The position numbers and the translations under genes were made by a program. The notes beneath the pieces are model-generated. The model was not told the origin of the DNA, searched no databases, and was given only the letters and a program-made list of their open reading frames with translations. From contig CAVSTP010000004.1 in assembly GCA_963730935.1 (NCBI GenBank), forward strand, positions 160,001-224,000: 64,000 nt of DNA, written 5' to 3'. This document shows, piece after piece, positions 1 through 8,338 of this stretch; position 1 is the stretch's first letter, and each line of letters starts with the position of its first letter. Origin of the DNA: an uncultured Nitrospiraceae bacterium. GTDB lineage: Bacteria; Nitrospirota; Nitrospiria; Nitrospirales; Nitrospiraceae.

Positions 1-1
1 C

Positions 2-3000
2 GGCATCGAGCGGGAGACCCCGGCCAGTCCTAGCAGCGTGGAATTGGGCACCGCACAAGACCCGTGGTCGTTTGACGTGGTTCGGCACACCGGGGCGGCG
101 TTGGAGCGTTCCGATCTGTCTCACACGGTCGGAGTTGTTCGAGCCGGCGCATGGCCGGAGCCGGTCAAGCAGGCCGTGGTCTTGCCGGTCGCCAAACCAG
201 GACAGGCGCGGCCTACGGGTTTTCTTGTCGTCGGAGTCAGCCCGCGTCGTCCATTCGACGAAGCCTATCGAGGCTTCCTCGACATGCTTGCCGTGCAAGT
301 CGCCAGTGCGATCGGCAACGCCAGGGCGTATGAAGAGGAACGCAAGCGCGCCGAAGCGCTTGCCGAACTGGATCGCGCGAAGACCACATTTTTTTCGAAC
401 GTCAGTCACGAATTCCGCACGCCGCTCACGCTGATGCTCGATCCTCTCGTGGAGGCGTTGCACGATCCCGTGTCGGACACCGACCCTGCGCACAAGGAAC
501 GGCTCGAGTTTGCCTACCGAAACAGCCGGCGCCTGCTCAAATTGGTCAACTCGCTGCTGGATTTTTCTCGCATTGAGGGCGGACGGATGGAGGCCAGCTA
601 CGAGCCGACCGATGTCGCGGCGGTCACCGCGGAGTTGGCCGGCGTATTCCGGTCGGCCATGGAGCAGGCTGGGTTGAGCTTGCATGTCGATTGTCCGCCG
701 CTCTCGGAGCCGGTCTATGTGGACCGCGACATGTGGGAAAAGATTGTGCTCAATCTGCTGAGCAACGCGTTTAAATTTACCTTCGAGGGCGGTGTCTCGG
801 TCAGCGTGCACGAAGAGATGCATCCCGCTCACTGCATGGTCTTGCACGTGCGGGACACCGGAACGGGCATTCCGAATGATCAGCTCTCTCGGATTTTTGA
901 ACGATTCCATCGCGTGCAAGGCGCCCGCGGCCGGACGATTGAGGGCACGGGCATCGGGCTGGCCCTCGTGAAGCAGTTGGTCCAACTGCACGGAGGTACG
1001 ATCGACGCCGCCAGCGAACTGAATCGAGGCTCGGCGTTCAGCGTCAAATTCCCATTCGGAACTTCGCATCTTCCGCAGGATCATTTGCGCGGACCACGCC
1101 TCTTGACGTCGACCGCCAGTCGTGCAGATGTCTTTGTCGAGGAAGCACTTCGCTGGCTGCCATCTTCCGACGCCAATGACGAGCGCGGCTTCGAGCCGGG
1201 AGCGGATAGCATCGCGCCCGTTCCACATGCCGCATTGCCCATTTCACAAGCCCGCCCACGCGTGCTCGTTGTGGACGACAATGCGGACATGCGAGGGTAC
1301 CTGGGCCGTCTCCTAAGCCAGCACTATGAGGTGGAAACGGTTACTAACGGCCGAGTCGCGCTTGCTCGTGTGGAGAGCCAGCCACCGGATCTCGTACTGA
1401 CCGACGTCATGATGCCCGAGATAGACGGATTCGGCCTGCTGTGCGAGCTCCGACGGCGCCCGGAGACGAAGACGCTGCCGGTCATTCTTCTGTCGGCTCG
1501 TGCGGGGGAGGAATCGCGGATCGAAGGGCTCGAGCGGGGCGCAGACGACTATCTCATCAAGCCGTTCAGCGCTAAAGAATTGCTGGCCCGAGTGGCCGCC
1601 CATCTCGAGATCGCCCGCGTGCGGCGTGAAGCCGAACGGGCCTTGCGTCATCAGAACGAGCAGTTTGAAACCCTGTTGAAACAAGCGCCACTCGGCGTCT
1701 ACCTCGTCGACGCGGATCTCCGCATCGCGCAGGTCAATCCCGTCGCGCTGCCCGTGTTCGGCGATATTTCCAATCTGATCGGCCGGGACTTTGACGAAGT
1801 CGTGCATGTGCTCTGGGAGAAGCCCTACGCGGACGAAATCATGACACTCTTCCGGCATACGTTTGAAACCGGGGAACCCTATGTGGCTCCCGAACGGATC
1901 GAGCGAAGGTCCGACCGAGACGTCATCGAGTCCTACGAATGGCGGATCGATCGGATTCTCTTGGCCGACGGTCGCTTCGGCGTCGTCTGCTATTTCCGCG
2001 ATGTGTCAGTCCAGGTGCTGGCCCGTGAGGCCTTGCGGAGAAGCGAGGAGCGTCTCCGTGAGTTTGCCTCGCAGCTGGAGCAACTCGTCGGCGAGCGCAC
2101 CCAGGAACTCGTGCAGTCACAGGCCCGGCTCCGAGCCCTCGCGACCGAACTGAACCTGGCCGAGCAGCGTGAGCGCAAACGGCTGGCCGCCGAGCTTCAC
2201 GACCATCTTCAGCAGATGCTGGTGTTGGGCAAGCTCAAATTGGGACAAGGGATGCGGCTGCCGCACGCGCCACCCCGTGCCATTGAAATCATGAAGCAAA
2301 CGGATGACGTGTTGGCCGAGGCGCTTGATTACACTCGAACGATGGTGGCCGAATTGAGCCCGCCCGTACTGCATGAGCATGGGTTGGGTGCAGGCCTCCT
2401 GTGGCTGGCCAATCAGATGAAACGACATGACCTGACGGTGACGGTACGGGTTCCTGAGACCGAGATCTCGCTGCCAGAGGAACAGGCGGTCTTGCTGTTC
2501 CAATCGGTCCGAGAGCTCTTGATCAATGTGGCCAAACATGCGCACTCGCATGAAGCGACCGTCGTCCTCGAACGGGCCGAGGGCAGTCTGCGTATTGAGG
2601 TGAAGGACAACGGGGCGGGCTTTGACGTGGCCAGCAAGGCTCTGGAGCTGGCCGACGGTCCGCAGGGAGCGGTGTCCTCAAAGTTCGGGTTGTTCAGTAT
2701 CCGGGAACGCATGAAAGCGCTCGGCGGCACCTTCGACATCCGTTCTTCTCAGGGACAGGGCACCACGGCGACGTTGTCGTTGCCGGTTGGGACGGACACC
2801 TTCGCCGCATGTGACACGATGAATGGAACATCAGCCATCAGGGGAGAGGGTGCCGTGGCAGTGAAGCGAGCGTCCGGTCAGGGCTCATCTGAAGCCTCAG
2901 AGGCCTCCCTTGAGCACAAACCTCCGAAGGTGCGTGTGCTGTTGGTGGACGATCACGCCATGGTTCGCGAAGGATTGCGCAGCGTCCTTGATTCTTACGA

Positions 3001-3316
3001 TGACGTGGAGATTGTGGGCGAGGCCTCAAACGGCCAGGACGCGGTAGCGCTGGTCGAGCAGCTGCGCCCCGCGCTCGTCGTCATGGATATCAACATGCCG
3101 GGCATGAACGGCATCGAGGCGACGGCCCATATTACGAGAACATATCCTGAGATCCAGGTGATTGGGTTGTCCGTCAATGCGACAGGGAACAATGTCCAGG
3201 CCATGCTGAAGGCTGGCGCCGTCCTTCTTCTCACCAAAGAGGCCGCGGTGAACGAGTTATATCGCACGATGCGGGAAGTGCTGGAGCATGTCGGAAGCGG
3301 GTCGGCTTCCCAGTGA
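2..3316 (+). CDS. Multi-sensor hybrid histidine kinase (GAF-HisKA-HATPase-REC-PAS-HisKA_3-HATPase-REC); 5' end lies before the window
   Basis: H-box SHEFRTPL, N-box NLLSNAFKFT, GTGIGL, REC VVDDN...DVMMP, PAS, second H-box AAELHDHLQQ, N-box ELLINVAKHA, terminal REC LVDDH...DINMP; frame is open from base 2. Confidence 0.9.
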   Translation, partial: GIERETPASPSSVELGTAQDPWSFDVVRHTGAALERSDLSHTVGVVRAGAWPEPVKQAVVLPVAKPGQARPTGFLVVGVSPRRPFDEAYRGFLDMLAVQVASAIGNARAYEEERKRAEALAELDRAKTTFFSNVSHEFRTPLTLMLDPLVEALHDPVSDTDPAHKERLEFAYRNSRRLLKLVNSLLDFSRIEGGRMEASYEPTDVAAVTAELAGVFRSAMEQAGLSLHVDCPPLSEPVYVDRDMWEKIVLNLLSNAFKFTFEGGVSVSVHEEMHPAHCMVLHVRDTGTGIPNDQLSRIFERFHRVQGARGRTIEGTGIGLALVKQLVQLHGGTIDAASELNRGSAFSVKFPFGTSHLPQDHLRGPRLLTSTASRADVFVEEALRWLPSSDANDERGFEPGADSIAPVPHAALPISQARPRVLVVDDNADMRGYLGRLLSQHYEVETVTNGRVALARVESQPPDLVLTDVMMPEIDGFGLLCELRRRPETKTLPVILLSARAGEESRIEGLERGADDYLIKPFSAKELLARVAAHLEIARVRREAERALRHQNEQFETLLKQAPLGVYLVDADLRIAQVNPVALPVFGDISNLIGRDFDEVVHVLWEKPYADEIMTLFRHTFETGEPYVAPERIERRSDRDVIESYEWRIDRILLADGRFGVVCYFRDVSVQVLAREALRRSEERLREFASQLEQLVGERTQELVQSQARLRALATELNLAEQRERKRLAAELHDHLQQMLVLGKLKLGQGMRLPHAPPRAIEIMKQTDDVLAEALDYTRTMVAELSPPVLHEHGLGAGLLWLANQMKRHDLTVTVRVPETEISLPEEQAVLLFQSVRELLINVAKHAHSHEATVVLERAEGSLRIEVKDNGAGFDVASKALELADGPQGAVSSKFGLFSIRERMKALGGTFDIRSSQGQGTTATLSLPVGTDTFAACDTMNGTSAIRGEGAVAVKRASGQGSSEASEASLEHKPPKVRVLLVDDHAMVREGLRSVLDSYDDVEIVGEASNGQDAVALVEQLRPALVVMDINMPGMNGIEATAHITRTYPEIQVIGLSVNATGNNVQAMLKAGAVLLLTKEAAVNELYRTMREVLEHVGSGSASQ

Positions 3317-3421
3317 TCCCTTCGGCAATTGGTGGTGGGCGGCGGGGAATCACAGGCTGACGACGGCCAGTGCGCCAGTAGGATTGTGCAGCGAATTATC
3401 ATTAAGAAGGGGAGGACTTCC

Positions 3422-4279
3422 ATGGGGCAGAACACGCAGATGGCCGAAGAAATTCAAAAACGCCAGGATGCCATTTTAAAAGATTGGATGGGGTATCAAA
3501 TGTCCTCGCTGACGTTGAGACGGGATCTGGTGAAGGAATCAGCGCTGCGGGAGTCCTCGCGGCAGTTTTTGGAACTGTTTGGAGAGGCGCTTGCCACGAG
3601 CGACGACGTCTCGTCGCCCCACTGGAAGCCGGTGAAAGACAATCTTGCGGAGGTCTCCAAGACCCGCGCGGTCCTGGGATTTAGCCCCTCCGAGACGGCG
3701 ACATTTGTGTTTTCGCTCAAGCAGCCGTTGTTCGATCTGGCGCAGCAACGGTTAGGTCAGGACGCCAAGCGCTTGGCCGAATTCCTTTGGAACCTCACCA
3801 TCATCCTGGACAAGCTGGGTCTCTACACGACGGAGGTCTATCAGGAGAGCCGGGAAGGGGTAATTAGCCGGCAGCAGCAGGAACTGATGGAATTGTCCAC
3901 GCCCGTTGTCCAACTGTGGGACGAGGTCCTGGCGCTGCCGCTCATCGGCACACTCGACAGCGCGAGGACGCAGGTCGTCATGGAGAATTTACTGCAGCGG
4001 GTGGTGGAGACCGGCGCCCGGATCGCGATCATCGACATTACCGGAGTGCCGACGGTCGATACGCTGGTGGCACAACATCTCATGAAGACCGTCGCGGCGA
4101 CGCGTCTCATGGGGGCGGACTGCATCATCAGCGGCATCCGTCCGCAGATCGCCCAAACGATCGTCCATCTGGGCGTCAACCTGAACGACATCGTGACCAA
4201 GGCCACGCTGGCGGACGCCTTTCAGGTCGCGTTAACGCGGCTGGGTTCGATGGTTTCGAAGGCGGGGCCGACGGCATAG
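3422..4279 (+). CDS. rsbR: Stressosome protein RsbR (N-terminal RsbRD-like helical domain + STAS)
   Basis: ELSTPVVQLW...LPLIGTLDSARTQ...IIDITGVPTVDTLVAQHL; GGAGG RBS before ATG 3422. Confidence 0.92.
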   Translation: MGQNTQMAEEIQKRQDAILKDWMGYQMSSLTLRRDLVKESALRESSRQFLELFGEALATSDDVSSPHWKPVKDNLAEVSKTRAVLGFSPSETATFVFSLKQPLFDLAQQRLGQDAKRLAEFLWNLTIILDKLGLYTTEVYQESREGVISRQQQELMELSTPVVQLWDEVLALPLIGTLDSARTQVVMENLLQRVVETGARIAIIDITGVPTVDTLVAQHLMKTVAATRLMGADCIISGIRPQIAQTIVHLGVNLNDIVTKATLADAFQVALTRLGSMVSKAGPTA

Positions 4280-4317
4280 GTTCGATAGGCCACACGCTCA
4301 TACAAACGGAGAAACGG

Positions 4318-4701
4318 ATGGAACGCATTCCCATACTCAAGATGGGCCCCTATCTGCTGGTGACGATCCAGGTCGATATGCATGACCGCATCGCGATGAA
4401 CCTGCAGGATGAGTTGACCCAGCGCATCGTCACCGAGCGGGCGCGAGGGGTGCTCCTGGACATTTCCTCCGTAGATGTCGTCGATTCGTTCATCGGCCGC
4501 ATGATCGGCAACATAGCCTCCATGTCGCGGGTGCTGGATGCCGAGACAGTCGTGGTGGGCATGCGCCCGGCTGTGGCCATTACGCTGGTGGAGCTGGGGT
4601 TGGCGTTGCCGAGCATCAGGACCGCCCTCAACGTGGACGCCGGAATGACGCTGCTCAAGTCGGCCAGAAAGATGTCGGGCAATGGCCGTCCTGCGCGATG
4701 A
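4318..4701 (+). CDS. rsbS: Stressosome antagonist RsbS (STAS)
   Basis: MERIPILKMG...LLDISSVDVVDSFIGR...GMRPAVAITLVELGL. Confidence 0.92.
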   Translation: MERIPILKMGPYLLVTIQVDMHDRIAMNLQDELTQRIVTERARGVLLDISSVDVVDSFIGRMIGNIASMSRVLDAETVVVGMRPAVAITLVELGLALPSIRTALNVDAGMTLLKSARKMSGNGRPAR

Positions 4702-5086
4702 GCTGATCGGCCTGCGGTCGACGGACGATATCATCAAGGCCCGCCAGCACGTGCGGGACTGCGCCATCTTCCTCGGCCTGTCGCTGGTCGATCAAACCAA
4801 GATCGTCACTGCCGCCAGCGAGCTGGCGCGAAACACGCTGATTCACGGAGGAGGCGGCGAGATGCACCTGCAAGCGCTGAACGACGGCCCGCGTCGCGGC
4901 GTGAAAGTCATTTTTGTCGATAGCGGTCCGGGCATTCCCGATATCGAGCTGGCGATGAAGGACGGCTATACGACGCGCGGCGGACTGGGATTGGGCCTGA
5001 GCGGGTCCAAACGGCTTGTGAACGAGTTTGCCATCGAAAGCCAACCTGGAAAAGGCACGACGGTCAGCATCGTGAGGTGGAAATGA
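4682..5086 (+). CDS. rsbT: Stressosome Ser/Thr kinase RsbT
   Basis: TAASELARN, DSGPGIPDIELAMKDGYTT, GLGLGL; follows rsbRS. Confidence 0.92.
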   Translation: MAVLRDELIGLRSTDDIIKARQHVRDCAIFLGLSLVDQTKIVTAASELARNTLIHGGGGEMHLQALNDGPRRGVKVIFVDSGPGIPDIELAMKDGYTTRGGLGLGLSGSKRLVNEFAIESQPGKGTTVSIVRWK

Positions 5087-6117
5087 TTGAAACAATTCCC
5101 TTTGATCAGATCTGTGTGCCGGTGACGGAGTCGAGTCAACCAGCGGCTGCGAGACGTGCGGCCGTCTCCTTGGCACAAGACGCAGACTTGGACGAGCCGA
5201 CCGTCGGCCATCTGGCGCTGGTCGTGACCGAGCTGGCCACGAATCTCGTGAAGCATGCGAAAGGCGGAGAGCTGCTGATGCGCCGGCTCGGTGCCGAAGG
5301 ACAGGAAGGCATCGAAGTGCTGTCGCTGGACAAAGGGCCCGGGATTTCCAATGTCGCGCGGTCGCTCGGCGACGGCTATTCGACTGCCGGAAGCTCGGGA
5401 ACGGGATTGGGTGCTGTGCTGCGCAGGGCCGGCGCCTTCGATCTGTACTCCCAGCCGGAGAAGGGCACGGCGGTGGTCGCGCGGGTGTTCGCACAGAGTC
5501 GGACAGGTTCGCCGCATGCCCAATCGGTCGGAGTGGTCCGGCAGGCGAAACACGGTGAAGTCGTCTGCGGCGACAACTGGATTGTCCGTTGGTTCGCGGA
5601 CGGATGGGTGTGCGCAGTGGTGGACGGGCTGGGACATGGTGTGATTGCATCGGACGCCGCGACGGCGGTCATCGACGCGGTGCGCCGCGCCCCGGGCAGG
5701 CTTTCGCCGGTCGAGATCGTGGAAGCGGCCCATCAGGCGGCAAAACCGACGCGGGGAGCGGCATTCGGCGTTGCGGTCCTCGACGAAGCGGCCGGGGTCG
5801 TTCGGTTCGCGGGGGTCGGCAATATTGCGGCGGTGGTCGTGAACGGTGCCGAGCGACGGCATCTCGTCTCCTATAACGGCATCATCGGCCATGAGTACCG
5901 CAAACTCTCGGAGTTCTCGCATCCGTGGCAGGCCCAGTCGGTCTTGATCCTGCATAGCGACGGCATCGCGACCCAGTGGGACCTCGAGCGCTATCCCGGG
6001 CTTCTCGCACGAGACCCCAGCCTCATCGCGGGCGTGCTCTACCGCGATTTCACGCGTGGCCGTGACGATGCCACCTTGGTCGTGCTCAAGACGCGAGGCA
6101 CAGACGGGCTTCAATAG
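5083..6117 (+). CDS. RsbX-like protein: HATPase_c fused to a SpoIIE/PP2C phosphatase
   Basis: TELATNLVKHA, DKGPG, GTGLG, then VCGD, VDGLGHG, SDG, DDAT; ATGA overlap with rsbT. Confidence 0.88.
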   Translation: MIETIPFDQICVPVTESSQPAAARRAAVSLAQDADLDEPTVGHLALVVTELATNLVKHAKGGELLMRRLGAEGQEGIEVLSLDKGPGISNVARSLGDGYSTAGSSGTGLGAVLRRAGAFDLYSQPEKGTAVVARVFAQSRTGSPHAQSVGVVRQAKHGEVVCGDNWIVRWFADGWVCAVVDGLGHGVIASDAATAVIDAVRRAPGRLSPVEIVEAAHQAAKPTRGAAFGVAVLDEAAGVVRFAGVGNIAAVVVNGAERRHLVSYNGIIGHEYRKLSEFSHPWQAQSVLILHSDGIATQWDLERYPGLLARDPSLIAGVLYRDFTRGRDDATLVVLKTRGTDGLQ

Positions 6118-6125
6118 GAGACGTT

Positions 6126-8309
6126 ATGCCCCAGAGCATCAGTGCCGTCGAAATCAACTATGAAGACGATGTGGTGACCGCTCGGCAGCGGGCGCGGCTG
6201 GTGGCGCGGCTGCTCTCGTTCGACGAGCAGGACCAGACCAGGATCTCGACCGCCCTTTCTGAGATTGCGAGATTGTTCGTGCACTCGAACAAGGGTAGTC
6301 GCATCGAGTTCCAGCTCGAAGGAGCCACCGCTCCACAAGTCTTGCTCATCGAGATCAGCTGGACCCGTGGCGCCGGCGCCAGGGCCCGTGCTGGCGCGGC
6401 CGGGAACGGCGGAACGCTTGGTCCTGAGTGGGAGGGACCGCTCATCGCCGCGCGGCGGCTCATGGATCAGTGCGAAGTGGTAGCCGCTTCGTCGGAGGCG
6501 CGCGAGATCCGTCTGGCGAAAATACTTTCCCCGAAAGCGCCGTTCATTACCGGCAAGACCTTGGATCGGGTCGTCAAGCAGCTGGGGAAGCAAGAACCGC
6601 AGAATCCCATCGAAGAGGTCAGACAGCAAAACCAGGAATTACTCAGAGCCTTGGAGGAGTTGCACGAACGGCAGCAGGAGTTGATCCGCCTCAACGGCGA
6701 GCTGGAAGATACCAATCGTGGCGTGGTCGCGCTCTATGCCGAACTGGATGAGAAGGCGGGGCATTTGCGGCGCGCGGACGAAATGAAATCGCGCTTCCTC
6801 TCCAACATGAGCCATGAATTCAGAACGCCGGTGAATGCGATCCTCGCCTTGTCGCACTTGCTGCTCGAGCACACCGACGGGGAGCTCAACAGCGAGCAGA
6901 CCAAGCAGGTCAACTATATCCGCAAGAGCGGAGAGGACCTGCTGGAACTCGTCAATGACTTGCTGGATTTGGCCAAGATTGAAGCGGGCAAAGTCACCGT
7001 CAAGGTTTCCGAGTTCGAGGTGGCGAATCTCTTCAGCGCCTTGCGTGGTATGCTGCGGCCACTCCTGGTCTCGAACGTCGTGAATCTCGTCTTCGACGAG
7101 CCGGTGGGGATTCCGCTCATGCAGACCGATGAAGGCAAGGTGTCTCAAATTCTCAGGAATTTCATTTCCAATGCGATCAAGTTCACCGAGCGGGGCGAGG
7201 TGCGCGTGGCCGCAGCATTGACGGCAGACGGGCGCTCGGTCGCCTTTTCCGTGGCCGATACGGGCATCGGCATTGCGCAGGACGATCAAGGACGCATTTT
7301 CGAAGAATTTTCCCAGCTCGATCATCCGATTCAACAGCAGGTCAAGGGCACGGGCTTGGGACTTCCACTGTGCCGGAAACTGGCTCAGCTGCTTCGCGGA
7401 TCGGTGGAGCTCACCAGCCGGCCGGGCGAGGGGTCAACGTTCATCGCCACGATCCCTGTGAATTACGCCGTCGATGACATCGAACGGGCCGAGCAGCTCG
7501 AGCCGGTACGGGTGTCGGAGGAGGACGACAGGCTTCCTGTGCTGGTCGTAGAAGACGAACCCGAAACGCGCCTGTTGTACGAGAAGTATCTGCGCGGCAC
7601 GCCGTACAGGCCGATTCCGGCCGGCAGCATCAGGCAGGCCCGTGAACAGTTGCGTCGACACCCCATCGCTGCGGTCGTCCTCGACGTGCTTCTACCCGAT
7701 GAGCCCGCTTGGCAATGGCTCGCAGAGCTCAAGCGTGAAGCAGCAACTGCGAAGTTGCCGATTTTCGTTGTGTCGAGCGTAGAGGATCCACGGAAAGCTC
7801 TCGCGCTCGGAGCAGACGACTATTGCCTCAAGCCTCTGCGGCGAGCGTGGCTGCTCGAACGACTGCAACGGGTGACAAAGCTCGTTCCAGATCCGTCAAA
7901 GAGTGTTCCGCTGGTGCTGATCATCGACGATCAGGAAACCGACCGGTATATCATCCGCCATCGCCTCGACGAATCCGGATGTTCGATCATCGAAGCCACC
8001 GGAGGTGAAGAAGGCCTGCAATTGGCTCGTCAATTGAAGCCGGCCCTGATCCTGCTTGATCTCAATATGCCCGGCATGGACGGTTTTGAAGTCCTTGCTC
8101 GGCTGGCTGAAGATCCCGCCACTGCTCCGCTTTCGGTGACGATTGTCACTTCACAAATTCTGACACCGGAGCAGTACCAGGCGCTCACACATGCCCGTGG
8201 GGTGCTCCTCAAACATGAGTTGTTCCCGGCCGTCTTGCAGCGGGTCTTCCGTGAAGCAGGGCTCGGATATCTCGAGCTGACCGCCCCGGAAACGACCAAG
8301 CCTGCGTAA
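6126..8309 (+). CDS. Hybrid histidine kinase (RsbT-like N-terminal domain-coiled coil-HisKA-HATPase-REC-REC)
   Basis: N-terminal DDVVTARQRAR...TALSEIAR resembles the RsbT N-terminus; SHEFRTPV, NFISNAIKFT, GTGLGL; two receiver domains. Confidence 0.9.
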   Translation: MPQSISAVEINYEDDVVTARQRARLVARLLSFDEQDQTRISTALSEIARLFVHSNKGSRIEFQLEGATAPQVLLIEISWTRGAGARARAGAAGNGGTLGPEWEGPLIAARRLMDQCEVVAASSEAREIRLAKILSPKAPFITGKTLDRVVKQLGKQEPQNPIEEVRQQNQELLRALEELHERQQELIRLNGELEDTNRGVVALYAELDEKAGHLRRADEMKSRFLSNMSHEFRTPVNAILALSHLLLEHTDGELNSEQTKQVNYIRKSGEDLLELVNDLLDLAKIEAGKVTVKVSEFEVANLFSALRGMLRPLLVSNVVNLVFDEPVGIPLMQTDEGKVSQILRNFISNAIKFTERGEVRVAAALTADGRSVAFSVADTGIGIAQDDQGRIFEEFSQLDHPIQQQVKGTGLGLPLCRKLAQLLRGSVELTSRPGEGSTFIATIPVNYAVDDIERAEQLEPVRVSEEDDRLPVLVVEDEPETRLLYEKYLRGTPYRPIPAGSIRQAREQLRRHPIAAVVLDVLLPDEPAWQWLAELKREAATAKLPIFVVSSVEDPRKALALGADDYCLKPLRRAWLLERLQRVTKLVPDPSKSVPLVLIIDDQETDRYIIRHRLDESGCSIIEATGGEEGLQLARQLKPALILLDLNMPGMDGFEVLARLAEDPATAPLSVTIVTSQILTPEQYQALTHARGVLLKHELFPAVLQRVFREAGLGYLELTAPETTKPA

Positions 8310-8338
8310 CCCATCACAATTCTGAAAGGCAAGCGTAC

